DNA of 64,000 nucleotides. It comes from Chrysomallon squamiferum (taxonomy: Eukaryota; Animalia; Mollusca). The DNA is taken from the NCBI GenBank assembly GCA_012295275.1, contig CM022666.1:14880001-14944000 (forward strand), written 5' to 3'. Of this stretch, positions 62,022 through 64,000 are shown in pieces. The first letter of the stretch is position 1. Each line of letters starts with the position of its first letter. The notes beneath the pieces were generated by a model, which saw only the letters and a program-made list of their open reading frames with translations, was not told the DNA's origin and searched no databases. The position numbers and the translations under genes were made by a program.

Positions 62022-62384
62022 TCACACACACATATTACCTAAGAGGTAAGTAAACACCATTACTTACCTAGACTAACAAAAAGCCACAAAAGACTTGGTA
62101 CAAAGCGACTTCCATAAATCCGATCTATAAATTTCTTATTTCATTTATTTCATTATTCCCAACATTTTTCATTCCTTCATTCTTTCCTTTCTCTATTTTG
62201 TTACTGCTTTCTTTTCTCTTTTTTCTGTAACTTTTCATTACATTAACTGTTTCACATGTGACAAATAACTGACTTATAAATTATCTACAATGATCCTGAG
62301 AGATGCACTCTGTGGAAAAATCTGAAACATTCTTATTTTTAATTCTTCCAATGGTTATTTATTGTGTACGTACGTATGTGTGTG

Positions 62385-62433
<49 letters not shown>

Positions 62434-62675
62434 CTATGTGTGTATGTATGTGTGTATGTGTGGGAATGTGCATATGTATGTTAGTGTGTTTGTATGTATG
62501 TATGAATGTATGTATATACGTATGTAAAAAGAAAGCAGGATAATAAGAGAAATCAATAAATAAATAGATAAATAAATAAATTAATAAATATTTGTTATGT
62601 GATCACGTAGATCAGTATTAAAGTTATTTCCCTTAGACGACTTTCAGAAAACGCTAGACAACAGCTGCTGGTAGA

Positions 62676-62712
<37 letters not shown>

Positions 62713-63824
62713 TAAAATAAATAAATAAATATCCTTTTGCTAAAACATTCGTCATTTAACTTCAGTTCAAGCTAGCTTTGAAGTCGCCTACTTCTAAATA
62801 AAACAAAGTAAAAATATGAAAGAAACAAATCAAAAGAGAAGAAAATAGAAAAAAAAATGAATGAAAAAAGAATAAAAACAGCTGAATAACAGAATACAGG
62901 AAAGCGTCAGGAACATAAAACGGAAGAAATTAATAAACAAAAGAGAAATAAAAATATAATAATAATAAATATAAATATAAAACTAAACAAGAAAGAAATG
63001 AAAAAAAAAATAACACAGCAAACACGTTTAGCAGTAAAAACAAAAATCATATTTACGATATTACATTTATTATTATTATTTTTTTAAATTAATTAATTTT
63101 CACACATAATTAACATTCATTAAATCAACAAAAATTCAAAAGTATTTTCAACAACATTTATCGATCATCTACATAAAGTTCAACAATACTGCGATATAGT
63201 AATAATATTTTATTCATATATTTTATTACATGAAATACGAAGATCACCAATAACTCTAACTCATTCTATCAGCTATATAAATTCTTGTCTCCTTTCAATC
63301 ATTATTTAAACACAATAACAGTTTAAGTGGTAAAAAATAAAAATATTATTTCAGTTTATATGTTACACAACGTGTATTGTAATTCAGTGTAATGTGTTCA
63401 TAGAGTTAATTTACTCTTCACAAAAACACAGGTACACAGCACATAAAGAGTTAACTAATTAACAAAGTAGACTAGATAGTCAACATGGAGTGGAGGTGTA
63501 GAGAGACACTGTAGACTGAGGATTACTTCTAATGAGATTTAAAACTGAAAATTTAAAAATTTATTACTTTTACAAATAATTTAGATAGTAAATGTAATAG
63601 ACCATGTGTGTGTACATCTGTGTGTCTGTGTGTGTTGGTGTCCGTGTGTCTTTATAAATACATGTTTGTGTGTGGATATCTTTTTCAAAGCCTGTGTTTG
63701 TCTGTGTCTATTGTGTTTATTTAAACATAGAACAGAGATAAAAATAACAACAGTTATTTACTTTACAAATTTATTTTTCTTGTTTGTTTTTAAAGTAATT
63801 ACTATTTTGTTAAATAATTTTACT

Positions 63825-64000
63825 TTATGGGCAGATTAAAGAAGAGATCAGTTTGAGCAAAGTGGAATTCTTTGATAAATCAGGTAAAATTTTCACTTTC
63901 ACATCAAACAGAGCAGGACTGAAAACAGCAAACACAGGTATCAACGGTTGTGACACGTCAACATCAGTCAGTGTGTGTACAAGTGTGTTAGTGTCTGTGT
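63825..64000 (-). CDS. Paralogous B30.2/SPRY-like last exon, partial (continues beyond the window)
   Basis: Translates ...TDTNTLVHTLTDVDVSQPLIPVFAVFSPALFDVKVKILPDLSKNSTLLKLISSLICP*, identical to 43739-43914 except for 4 nt. Confidence 0.85.
   Translation of the reverse strand, partial: TDTNTLVHTLTDVDVSQPLIPVFAVFSPALFDVKVKILPDLSKNSTLLKLISSLICP

Overview
AT-rich, extremely microsatellite-dense animal genomic DNA, probably lophotrochozoan or molluscan (inferred from the protein types, not proven). Almost all ORFs in the track are microsatellite artefacts. Real coding content: (1) the last two coding exons (33358-33523, 34576-34865, +) of a NALF/FAM155 (NLF-1/Mid1-related) NALCN auxiliary subunit, so 1-33357 is most likely its long upstream intron; (2) a minus-strand TRIM gene with a 5' non-coding exon near 48.5 kb, one exon carrying RING/B-box1/B-box2/coiled-coil (47268-46152), a 78-nt linker exon and a B30.2/SPRY-like last exon (613 aa if spliced as predicted); (3) the 3' end of a near-identical paralogous SPRY exon about 20 kb away, cut by the window end. 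Non-coding structure worth attention: a ~3.7-kb interrupted inverted repeat (986-4681) around a promoter-like spacer; several near-perfect RFX X-boxes across the NALF locus; signals that the TRIM locus could also make RBCC-only and SPRY-only products; and a 9.4-kb array (49.9-59.35 kb) of a ~400-bp hairpin-rich non-coding unit between the two TRIM/SPRY paralogues. All calls were made by eye, with no database searches.
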